Origin: Curvularia clavata
Lineage: Eukaryota
Length of the DNA stretch: 64,000 bases
NCBI GenBank assembly: GCA_023920165.1
Contig: CP089279.1
Location: forward strand, 2,356,001 to 2,420,000
Reading direction: 5' to 3'
In this document: positions 1-11,148 of the stretch, piece after piece
Numbering within the stretch: the stretch's first letter is position 1
How the letters are laid out: every line of letters begins with the position of its first letter
The notes under the pieces: model-generated
What the model saw: the letters and a program-made list of their open reading frames with translations, nothing else
What the model was told of the DNA's origin: nothing
Database searches by the model: none
Position numbers and translations under genes: made by a program

Positions 1-638
1 CTTGGCAACAACCTCAACACGTCCATATTTGATATTAGCACCGAGCTTAGTGTTGATTCGGCCAGACTTGACAGGGTTTACAATAGTGCCGTTGGTCGTG
101 TTGGTGACTGCGACGCAGTCCATCCAGGTAGGTCCAGTACAGCCGTGGCCGCGGAGATCAATGACATGATCCTGCATGATCAAGTCCTCGTTCTGAAGGG
201 TAGGCTTAATGACCAGTCCACCGTCGTCAATGAAGACGTTTTCATCCGTGCCGGTAGTCATCTCGAATTGGCCATTACTGCAAACCAGATTTAGTCAGGG
301 GTCACAAAAGCTTGGAAATTTTCCACCTACCCAAAGCCACCAAGCTCAACCTCTTTAGTCCAGATGCTGTCATCCCAAGAAGTAAAGTTGTCATTCATAA
401 TCTCGCAATACTTGTGCTGCGCGACAGTTCTCAATCCATCCCAAATGAGAATACCTGTTACGGCCAAACCAAGAGCCAAACCAGCGAGAGGGAAGATAGT
501 GACCCATATTTGACGTGGGTGTTTTTTATTAAGCCACGGTTGCTGGACATCCTCAGGCCTCACACGTCGTGAGCGAAAGTACTCGCCCTTGTATGGGTGC
601 TGATAGCCAGAGACGGCCTGCGAAGGAGGGCTGTCCAT
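1..638 (-). CDS. Membrane-anchored GH16 beta-1,3-glucan-binding/glucanase-like protein (5' part only; runs off the window)
   Basis: ATG at 638, TM segment IWVTIFPLAGLALGLAVTGILIW. GT-AG intron 330-278 joins WTKEVELGGFG to NGQFEMTT...NPVKSGRINTK...IKYGRVEVVAK, typical fungal GH16 motifs. Confidence 0.85.
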
Positions 639-1390
639 TATGTATTGAGAAGAACAAGAATGCGAAGAATGCCTAGCGAAAGTTTGTAGAATAGATCCTT
701 TTTATCGTCCTGCTTGTCTTACCATTACCGCTACGTTTGACTTGACCCGAACCAAGTTGCAGTGGCGGAGACTTATCCTCGAATCCGCCTAAACGATACG
801 CTGTGGATCTTTTCTGGCTGTTATGTCAGTTTGAGCTTACAATGTAGAAGCCTGCCACTCATGGTAGCCATGTTTAGCAATTCGATCCGTGTTGACAATG
901 CTGACTGCTGATCCACCGTTGTGCTTTCGTCATGGACCTAACATCTCTAGTTGTAACTGCTTCCGTCGGTTTTCATGGAGGTTTTAGTAGATTGCAGCGG
1001 CTCGTGCTTTGAGAAACTATGGTCCATTGAGACTGGGACTTGATATTAGGTGGGCTGATAGACATGATCCATTCAATCCACTGGATGTACCGGATTACTA
1101 TTTCTTATCCGTCACTGGCTACGACAGCTGCGCAGTGTAGCAAGAGGTTAAGAAATGGCACTGGGAAGCAGCTTAGCATCGCTTCCAGAGCTGCGAGAAG
1201 TATTGCGTCAACACAAGAAACCTTCAATGGGAATTATTGAGCCGCGGAGACTGGAGCGAGTTCGGATAGCCGATTCACCCCCGTCGCATGCCATAATTTT
1301 TTGAAAGCCATATACATGTTTTCTGAGTAGTCTATCGATCCGAAGCAGTAGCGAGAGACCTCCATATCCGGGACATTCTGTTCAACAGAA

Positions 1391-2029
1391 CTATGCGTCC
1401 GCAGCCAGACTGAGGTAGATACCCCACACCACTCCGACCGAGCAGCCAAACACGATCCTCTTATCTACCGGCACCCACAAAAAGCTAATGAGACTTATCG
1501 CCGGCCAGAACTTATATCCATCCTTCATCATCGGCCAGAGCTTATTCTTGCAATCGCTGGTAACCACATCCATAGGATTGACGCCCGGCTTATCCTGAGC
1601 ATTGACATAAGCCATGTAGCTCAGGAACATGAGCGTGTTAACCACCGCGCCCACTGATTGATCGAGCAGAAACTTGATCAGGACATTTGTCTTGCTAAGC
1701 GACGTCTTCGCGGGTTCGGGCTTCGAGGCGGTTTTCTCGGCTGGAGTGGGGGCTGCCTTTGACGGCACTTGTGTGGGGAACAGGTCTTCGAGGAAGCCCT
1801 GCCAAATAATGTTGGGCGGATTGCTGAGAATGCTGAACAAGACGAACTTTAACAGCGGGCCGTAATTGAGTGTGAAGGGCGCCTAGAAAGGTGTCAATTA
1901 CAAATACTCTTGCATACAAAATTCCACGATAGTACGTACATCGTCCTTGTAAGACGATATGGCCTGCGCGAGCACGTTGGACGTTATGCTCAGTACTGCA
2001 CCCTGCAGGGTTTGCGATATCATCGACAT
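1391..2029 (-). CDS. Mpv17/PMP22 family membrane protein
   Basis: Exons 2029-1940 and 1882-1391 (GTACGT...TAG intron). Motifs SNVLAQ, KFLLDQSVGA, KFWPAISLISF and VWGIYLS. Confidence 0.9.
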
Positions 2030-2271
2030 GGCTGTGTTGCGCGCGTATTTCTTTACGTGGCTAGATAACACCACGGGCAGGCCCAAGAAGAAAAAAGAGA
2101 AGACAATGTAGAAACCTCAGCTCAGTGTAGGGCGGAGTCAGTAAATATTGGGGTATCAGAAGTGTATCAATGTGGCCAGTATGTACCCCATATTCCGCCG
2201 GGGCCGGAAACGTTTCAACAATGTTGCGACAAGGCGCGCGACTCGCGTAGGCGTCGGGACGGCTAACCCCG

Positions 2272-2279
2272 TGACGTCA
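2272..2279. promoter_or_regulatory. Perfect ATF/CRE palindrome TGACGTCA upstream of the Mpv17-family gene
   Basis: Exact bZIP CRE consensus about 240 bp upstream of the ATG. Function is inferred. Confidence 0.35.
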
Positions 2280-3248
2280 ATTAAACCTGCAGCTTTACAC
2301 TGCCGATTTGCGCGTTGTCGGTCCGGCTCAACCATATTGTTTTCACGACATTAGTTGATAGTACGCATGATTGCTCAACCAGGTGTTCTTAAAATCCGTA
2401 TGCATCTCCAGATGAGAAAAACGGAGTCAGTACCACTTTCATTCATGATCGGCATGCACAACCTGAATATGGATCTTTCTATTGTGGGAAGTTTCCAAGT
2501 CCTTGTCTAGTAGTATCACCAGGTATAGAAGGAAGAAGAGTATGATAGCGCTAGATTTAGTATAAACGCGCCGCCAAAATGTACTTCCAACTCTATCATA
2601 TGCAATCCTTTCTTAATCCATCTTGCTCTTTAGCGCCACATGATCCTCCCGCCCCGTAATGCACCGTTGCAGTGTTTTCCTGTTGACAATTCCTAGCATG
2701 TTCAAATGTTGGGTGTATTGCCTAAAAGGCTACGTTGGATTGAAAAGCCTCGACCTGATGGCTGACATTGAGCTTCCGAGTCTCCAAGTTGACAGTAGGT
2801 TCCCGTCGTGCTAGTCAAGAAGTAATACTCTTGTGCAGGTAATATCCAGCTCTTACGCTTCTCCATGCAGACCGATGACTTTGCATAAAACCGTATACCA
2901 TAAAATTCGACTGTATGCCCCCAATGAGAGGACCTGCCTAAAAGCAAAAAAGTAGCTCATGTTTGAACGGAACACAGCACATGTGACTGGCCCCGCACGA
3001 TTCGGACATGGTTTCCCGAGCGAAATATGGTGCCACATTAGTCAAAGGTGATGGTCTCTCCATAATCCACCACTGGGTTCGGCGCGTTGCCGAGTGCCTG
3101 ACTAGTGCTGTACGACATGAACGTGCAGGTCGACAGCCACAACCGCCAGACTCCGATGGTATCAGAATACCGGAGTTCGAACCTTCCTGGAAGGCTCACA
3201 GTCGTCAGGCAGAGTTGCGTAAGATACACAGATACGAGGTCTCAGTAC

Positions 3249-4368
3249 TCAAGGCATCAATTCTTCCCGGTGGAAATCTGCCATACCCTCCTTGGTGACC
3301 TTGCGAAGCTGTGCACCGGCGCGACCTAACTCGCCGCCAGCTTTCGTGGCTTCTTCGAGTCCTGCAATAACTGCAGCTTCGGCTCTGTCGTGAAATACCC
3401 TTTGCCGGTCTTCGCGATCCTCGTACATCTCCGCCTCTTCATCTCTCGCAGCCCCAAACAGATTGAGGTGCGCATAAACATTGGATCGTTCCGATAACAT
3501 GTGATGCTGAGTGTGCCAGAGAGGGAAATCGTTTGCGCTGATGTCGACAGTAGTTACGGATTGCGTATGAGAGAGACCCGTGCGAAGGAATGAAGCCAAC
3601 ACACTTATTTGTCTCACTTGCATCTTCGTATCAGCTTTTCCGTATGACCTCGCCGTCGACCATTTGGTAGACGCTTCGCTCTGCCAACCGAGGAGGCTCA
3701 GAAAGCATTTCAGCATCTTTACCCAACCTCCAGCGCAACTGACCACTTCGTCACCTGCGACTTGGAGCAGCCATTCAAGCACATCGAGGCCAAACAAACG
3801 GATTTCGGTTGCTAGATGCGTCATTGCAGCTCTGGTGTGAAGAAGCAGTTGGTCTGCATGACCAGCAATGTCTCTCGGTGGTAAACTCTGTAATAGCTTA
3901 AGCAACTGCTGGCGGACACTCTTTGTGCCATCCAAAATAAGGCGCTGAGCGGTAGGGATGATAACAGACGACGGCTGTGGTAATGGGGTTCCAGGCGGGT
4001 TGCTAGCAATTGCTGAGGTCAAAAAAGCCAGAGACTCCTTGCGCTGCGAATCTGATTTGTGATTCAGTAGACCTAGATGATGGGCACATTGTGCTTCTAG
4101 AGTCGGTGCACTAGTAGAGAGAGCTTGTTGCTTTAATGCAATTGCTATTCGTTGTTAGTGTTTTGTACAGTGCACCCTATCGCCAGTCTTACATTTTGCG
4201 CGAAAACTGGTGTCTGTGGTGTTTGCTGCCTTTGGTTTTGCTTTTCCAACTTTCAGTTTCGGTTTCTAGCAAACGTCAGTCTCAGTTGCCGAAGCTCATA
4301 TTCTCGTTCCGCCTTACCTGAAAGTCCTTCTTTTTGCTTTCCTTCTTTTTCTTCGAGCTGGCCGTCAT
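3249..4368 (-). CDS. IPI1: Pre-rRNA processing protein Ipi1 (Rix1 complex)
   Basis: Spliced N-terminus MTASSKKKKESKKKDFQ|KPKLKVGKAKPKAANTTDTSFRAK|SIALKQQ is the Ipi1/TEX10 signature. Two GT-AG introns; the main exon contains AMTHL. Confidence 0.92.
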
Positions 4369-4666
4369 GGTGGCGTCGGAGTCGTGTCCTCTTGATTATT
4401 CGGGTATTTCCGTGATGCGCCGACCATGTAAGAAAATTCTGCGCTTGGCAGACTTCTGACTTCTTTAATCTCGTCGACAGTAGAGCATACGCGCTTCAGC
4501 GAGAGTAGCTGGAAAATTAAGGATGCATAGATGCCGCTAGTGCAAAAGGAGCCTAAAAAGGTCATGGCTTGGCAGGGTCCAGTTGCAGATTGTCTCACCG
4601 ATGTCATTGGCATGCAGACCACGACTGTATCCCTTACCCCACCTCGTTTCACCGTTTCACTAGAGA

Positions 4667-5177
4667 ATGGCTCAAAACGCTGTATGTAATTGCTAACTTG
4701 CTGCGGAATTGCAGTTGACTAACGCACTGCTTAGCCAGATGAGACACTTGCGCTGCTCACCCGCTTGAGCCAGAAGCCTGGCGTGCAGAGCACCCTCATA
4801 TTGTCACGCGAAAACGGCAGCATAATACGCACCTCTGGCCTCATCTCGAACAGCTCATCCGCGAATCCAAACAGTACCCTCCCCGCTTCTGGAGAGGCTA
4901 CATCCGACAGCTACACGAATGGCAGAAAAGACAGCGGGATACATAGCGCAGAAGATGTTGCAAGCTCAGTATGGTCTTTCTTGACTGCGGCGGGCAGCCT
5001 CGTCGATGAGCTAGACAAGGAGGACGAGGTCAAGCTTCTACGGTTACGGACAAAAAAGAACGAGCTTGTCATTGTACCGGGTACGAATATTTCACATACG
5101 ACTGCGCTATAGAAACTAATTGACAGCCAGATCCCAAGTTCATACTCGTCGTTATCCACGATACTCCTCCTGCCTAA
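4667..5177 (+). CDS. Roadblock/LC7 domain protein (dynein light chain roadblock-like)
   Basis: MAQNA|PDETLALLTRLSQKPGVQSTLILSR...DEVKLLRLRTKKNELVIVP|DPKFILVVIHDTPPA*; two GT-AG introns. Confidence 0.85.
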
Positions 5178-5269
5178 GGCTGTGACCGAATTCATTGGAT
5201 ATGCGCTTTAATTTTTTTTCACGCAAGCATTACGATACCCAATTATGTTGAATAGCGCAATAGACTGGT

Positions 5270-5827
5270 TCACCAATGGGCTTCGCTAATGTCGACTTGA
5301 TTGACATCAACACCGTCCTTGAACCATCGCTCTGTAGCCGTCATTGGAAACTGTCCAAGTTTGGACCCTGGGCACCTAGAGACTTACCGGCTTCTTCAAT
5401 CTCGATATCATTACCGCTCATATGTCGCTTCCGCATCTTTCCGTCTTCAGCGAAGGTCCAATCTTCCAGGCCATAGCACCGCTTCCATTTCATGCCATCA
5501 TGAGAATCCTGGAACTCATACCAGAACTGTACAGCAATCTTGTTGTCAGTGAAAGCGAAGAGCTCCTTGCGCAGCCGGTAGTTTTTCTCCTTCTCCCACT
5601 TCTTGGTCAAGAGTTCCTCAATGGCTGCTGTACCCACAAGGAAAGATGACCGGTTGCGCCAGATGCTATCCGGAGTGTAGGCCTGGGCAATCACTTTTGG
5701 GTTTCTATGATGATCAGAGAGGGCGGAAATGCAGGTATAACACGACGTACTGGCTGTTCCACAGGTCCTGGGCCTTCTTGACCTTGGCACGGGCGGTTTC
5801 TTCAGTATATGGGGGGCAAAGGGACAT
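5270..5827 (-). CDS. DUF1348 / SnoaL-NTF2-like protein
   Basis: MSLCPPYTEETARAKVKKAQDLWNSQ|NPKVIAQAYTPDSIWRNR...YRLRKELFAFTDNKIAVQFWYE...YGLEDWTF; two GT-AG introns. Confidence 0.9.
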
Positions 5828-6570
5828 GATTGGAGTATGCAGGACTGCTCAAGAGTAGCTGAGAATTCAAAGAGTTCACTTTGAAAGGAACATAGATTCA
5901 AGATGCAGCTGTGAAGCCATTATTTATCACTAAAGATGCCGAACCATTCTTCGTGTCGGCATTTCGGCATGGTACAAACTGAAGCTAAGGACATTGCCGC
6001 TCTGCTTACTGAAGCTTAGAGACACTGCCGCTATGATTGTACTCGGCGGCATTACGTGAAAGTCTCTTCAACATTCTAGATTGCAACTATGGTAGAGTTT
6101 GAGCACATATGCAGAGTGTTCTCTTTGGTGTGGTTGTCGTCGCTGCTCCTGCCACGTGCCTCCGCCGATCCCGAGGGGCCCCACAGTCTACCTCATATCG
6201 ATAACGGAGGTGGAGGGAAGCTTCTCGAACAGCACAGCAATCTTAACCAGAAGCCTCGGTTCAAATCAATTGCGAAATCTCTAGCCCATGCCATGTCATC
6301 ATTTACAGTCTAGGATCTCTTCCTGCTCGAGGCTGGGATTTGGCATCGGGGTGCGTCTGGGTGTAGCGACATGTTTTTTTCCACCCGCTATTTCACTGCT
6401 CATCTTATTGTTGTACGTGTCTGATTCGGTGTCCACTCAGGTACACGCTTTGCATCTGTATGATAGGCCGAGAGGATTTGTCAAATACAAAAGGCCTAGA
6501 GCCATGATATCAGCCAGCGGATGTTACCGGGGCGGGGGAGTAGAGTGATACTACTATGTAGTAGCACCTT

Positions 6571-6577
6571 TTACTAA
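6571..6577 (+). promoter_or_regulatory. Yap1 response element TTACTAA upstream of the peroxiredoxin
   Basis: Exact YRE consensus about 255 bp upstream of an antioxidant gene. Confidence 0.45.
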
Positions 6578-6829
6578 CCAAGTCTCGGGCGGCGAGCATC
6601 CGGACTAGGAAGCCTGCCCCACTCTATGATCTCGAAGCTCCAAGCTTGGGAAGCAGAAGCAAGGTGAGGTCGGCGAGACAGCTGAGTGGGCGAGCTTTTG
6701 CCCCTCTCTGGGCCCCTCAAATAAACTCCCTAGCTGCCGGAGCTCTTTTACGCAGTACAACCACATTCAACTCTCTTCACACATTCTCTGTTTCCAATTC
6801 CACCAACACAAACATCAATTGCAAGCAAC

Positions 6830-7465
6830 ATGGCACCTCTTCAGGTTGGCGACAAGCTCCCCGAGGGAGTCAAGTTCGAGTACGTTCTGCTCATACTCAA
6901 ACGACAGCCTCGAGTCTCACTTCCGCATGAATGCTAACCACAATTCCCTTTGTACAGATGGGCACCCATCACCGACAGTGACCCCACCGCCTGTGGCCGC
7001 CCTCAAGAATACGACGCCAGCAAGGAGTGGGCAGACAAGAAGGTTGTCCTCTTCTCCGTACCTGGTGCCTTCACACCTGGCTGCCAGGCATACCACCTGC
7101 CTCCCTACATTGCCAAGGCCAAGGAGTTCAAGGACAAGGGCGTCGACATTATTGCGACCATTGCCTCCAACGATGCGTGGGTCATGAATGCTTGGGGCAA
7201 GGTCAATGGCGTCAAGGGCGACGAGGTCCTGTTCCTGAGCGACACCAAGACTTTCTTCAGCAAGCACTACGGCTGGCCCGCAGGCATGGGTGACCGCAAC
7301 GGTCGTTGGGCCATGGTCTTTGACCACGGCAAGGTCATCTACGCTGAGAATGAGAAGAGCCCCGGCGAGGTTTCGGTAAGTGTCTTGGATCCAAATGGTA
7401 CCTGTCTTGAAGAGGCTAACAATATGCAGGTCTCTGGCGCCGATGCCGTCCTGGCTAAGTTGTAA
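6830..7465 (+). CDS. AHP1: Prx5-type peroxiredoxin (Ahp1/Pmp20/Asp f3-like) with a PTS1 signal
   Basis: Introns 6880-6957 and 7376-7429. KKVVLFSVPGAFTPGC peroxidatic motif, N-terminal TACG cysteine, NDAWVMNAWG, C-terminal AKL. Confidence 0.92.
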
Positions 7466-7864
7466 GCATTGACAGCGAATGTGACTCGGTGTCGAGGAAC
7501 TGCTGTAAATGATTGATGCATGTAGTCAAAGTCCTAAAGAGACAAAATAAATCAAATGAAGAATAAATCACCATGTCAATTCCAATGCGCATGTGATGCC
7601 TGACTCAGGATCAGCCAGTCCAGTAGACCGTATGCTTCAAACATGTTCGATGCGTCGCTGTGTACGGTATGTACGGCAAGGTATTTGAAGTTCGTGTTTG
7701 TATTCATTGCTGGTCGAATGCTCAGCTTGGATCGCAACTTTTTCCATGCCCACGTGTGCTTGCAGCCCAACGAGCTTAGCCCTCGACCATGGTCTGTCTC
7801 GCATAGCTGCTTCTGTTCCGACATCCGTCATGTCGCGATATATACAAACGTCGTTCTTGCACGC

Positions 7865-8533
7865 TCAATCAAACTAAAATATGTCAGCTTAGTGTTCTAA
7901 CAACCAGGGAGTCGGAGCGTACTGGAGTAAGGAAAGACTCGGCCACGAAACGTGCCCTTGCGTTCAACTGGCCAGTGTTAGCTTGTACCTGCCATGAATT
8001 GTCTATGCTGCCTTACGAAGAGCTTCATTTCGGAGATCTCCTTGTCGACCTCCTCCATGAATTGAATGATAAAGTCGACGAGCTTGTGCTTCAGCATTTC
8101 CTCGGTGTGGAAGTTGGTGATCAGGAACGAGATGTCGTAGCCCTTGATGGGCTTCCTCCGCAGAATGAAGAACGACTCAGCTCTTTGGGTCAAGAACCGT
8201 GTGAACTTGTGGACCAGAATGTGCTCAATCTCGTCTGCTTGCTTGATCTTGATGCTTATTCGTACACTGTTGATACTGGGCTCGATGTATACACGTTCAT
8301 TCTCGTTTCTCGACACGGTAAGAGGGTTCAGGATGACCTCCGGAGAGCTTGCAGCCTCAACCTCGGGGACATTGTGACGCTCCGAGGCCTGCGAGGCAAA
8401 GTTGGAGAGAGAGAGGGCGGCCGTGAGAGACGAGCGCACGCACTGGAGGTATGGGCGGAGGGATTGGGACTGGGCGGAAATCAGTAGCGTGCGGGCAATC
8501 GGGCAGGCCAGAGAGCATAGGAAAGCATACCAT
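7865..8533 (-). CDS. ARC19: Arp2/3 complex 20 kDa subunit (ARPC4)
   Basis: [16 protein letters not shown]...[12 protein letters not shown]...[20 protein letters not shown]. The first coding exon is the ATG alone; the last is 9 nt. Confidence 0.97.
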
Positions 8534-8814
8534 GGTGGGTCGAGCTCAGCACCAGCTCAGTGTTGAGATGTCAGGGCTGTAGTCAGAGAGGGCGGGCTAC
8601 GACATGCCAACAGCACGGGGAGATGGCGCTGCCTGCAGGTGGTGGTAGTGGGGCTGGAGCTCCGGGCGGCGGCTGAGCTTGGCGCGGCTTGCATTCCTCA
8701 TGATTCGGCCGTCGACCATTACATATCGCCCCACGAACACATTATAAGTCTTTCTTTCGCCTCCGCCGTCCACGACTCTCTACACACTCTTTACAGTATA
8801 GCCGAATAGACATC

Positions 8815-10711
8815 ATGGCGTCTATACCAGGTATGCAACAGGAGAAAGGCATTTCCGAAGCATTTGAGTTAACTTGTGTAGTAATCGTAAAGCACCAAGG
8901 CAAGAAGCACGAGGTCGAGGTCGATACCACCTCCAACGGCGAGACATTCAAGTACCAGCTCTTCTCCATTACGGGAGTGGAGCCAGAGCGCCAGAAGGTT
9001 ATTGTCAAGGGCGGACAGCTCAAGGATGACGCCGACATGTCCAAACTGGGCCTCAAGCCCGGCCAGACGCTGATGATGATGGGAACACCTTCAGGCAGCG
9101 GAATGGTCATTGAGAAGCCCAAGGTTCCTACCAAGTTCTTGGAGGATATGGACGAGGCAGAAGCCGCGCAGTTGGAGGGCGCCACACCCGCCGGTCTTCA
9201 GAACCTGGGTAACACCTGTTACATGAACTCTACACTACAAACACTGCGCTCCATTCCAGAGCTTCAGGAAGAGCTTCTGCGTTACTCTGCAAGGTACGAC
9301 TTCTCTTGACTATGTGTTTGCACTGTACTGACCGTATACAGCAACGATGCCGGCTCATCCAGCTCTGCACAGCAGCTCAGCCAGTTCGGTCTCGGTGGTC
9401 TTGGTGCCTCGTCAGACCTCACAAGCTCCCTGCGCGATCTCTTCAAGCAAATGTCCGAGACTCAGCAGGGATTCCCCCCTCTGATGTTCCTTAACGCTCT
9501 TCGAACCGCCTTTCCCCAATTCGCACAAAAAGCAAAAGATGGTCACGGTTACGCTCAGCAAGACGCAGAGGAAGCATGGTCACAGATCGTATCGCAACTG
9601 CGACAAAAGCTGAAAGTCAGTGACAAGGACGCTTCAGGTGCGGACAAGCAGTCCATGTCTTGGATCGACAAATATATGTCGGGTAGGTTCGAATCGGTGA
9701 TGGAGTGCGATGAGCCCGCGGCAAAAGAGGCTGGTGAGGAGCCAGTTCACAGCGAAGACCTCTTCTTCAAGCTCAATTGCCATATCAATATCGAGACGAA
9801 CCACCTTAGGGACGGTCTGGCCGCTGGCCTGAAGGAGAAGATCGAGAAGCGATCAGAGGTTCTGGGACGAAACGCTATGTACACCAAGACATCCAAGATC
9901 GCGCGTCTGCCCAAGCATCTTCCCGTCCACTTTGTCCGCTTCGACTGGCGACGAGACACCAACAAGAAGGCCAAGATCATGCGAAAGGTCACATTTCCCG
10001 AGGAGCTGGATGCACTGGAGTTCTGCACCGACGAATTGAGGAAGGTCCTGGTGCCTATCCGTGATAAGATCCGTGACGTCCGCAAGGAAGAGGAGGACCT
10101 CGAGCGCGCCCGCAAGCGACAGAAGCGCATGAGGGCTGGCGAGGAGAACGACACTGACCCTCTTGCCTCCAAGGAACCTTTACAGAAGAAGAAGGAAGCT
10201 GCGCAAAAGAAGGAGGACGCCAGCAAGTCTGAAGATACCAAGATGGAGGAAGTCGAGTACAAGACTGATGCTCAGGTCGAAGCTGAACGTATCGCATCGA
10301 TCGTGGCTGCCAAGAAGGAGCTCCTTGCGCTTGTAGACCCGAAGATGGCAGCTGATGATGGCGCCAACCAGACAGGTCTTTACGAGTTAAGGGGCGTCAT
10401 CACTCACCAGGGTGCCAGCGCTGACAGTGGTCACTACACTTCTTTCGTCAAGAAGCAGGGTGCCAAGGACCCAGTCACTGGCAAGCGAAAGGAGGAGGAT
10501 GGCAAGTGGTGGTGGTTCAATGACGAGAAGGTGTCTGAAGTCGATGCCGAGAGGATACAGACTCTCTCTGGTGGAGGTACGTATACTTGCCATTGGGGTA
10601 GAATTAATGACTGACAAGGCTATAGGTCAAAGCCACTCGGCTCTTATCCTTCTCTACCGCGCGATTCCTCTGCCAGTCGTTGACGAGGATGTGCAGATGG
10701 ACGAAGCATAG
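8815..10711 (+). CDS. UBP6: Proteasome-associated deubiquitinase Ubp6/USP14
   Basis: N-terminal Ubl domain, Cys box GLQNLGNTCYMNS, QQDAEE, His box HQGASADSGHY. Introns 8831-8881, 9294-9341 and 10577-10625. Confidence 0.97.
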
Positions 10712-11148
10712 AACGGCTCGATACTTTAGTAGATGGTGTTTTGGGCTACCACTGTCGCCATTTTGCAAAGTAGGAGCATAGGTTGAGCGAAAGAAAACGC
10801 ATGGCACTGGCGTTTGGATCGCAAAAAGAACTATGAAGCGATGCTCATAAAGAATGAGTAATGAAGGCATGAATTCTAGACTTGCATTAATAGAAACGTT
10901 ACCAGATCAGTCCACTGTGCATGTTCCTGTCCTCGTGTGCCCTTCACTCTGCGTCATCGGCACACGCCGTAACGTGCTGCCAAGCCTTGCTACAATTGCG
11001 ACGCCCGTCTTGAACACTTCTCTTTTTATCTCCCCATGTGATACTTCAGCATTCAAGTCTAGTTGCCTTCGAATCATATACCTAATACGTCTGTCTTCGT
11101 ATCATCATATCTTCGTAGTCTTTCGTTTCATGTCCTAGTATCGCCGCC

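Noticed and set aside
7975..8487. Long antisense ORFs over ARC19 (likewise over UBP6, MGE1, RPS6 and the SDR)
   Set aside because: These are shadow ORFs produced by strong codon bias in the real genes.
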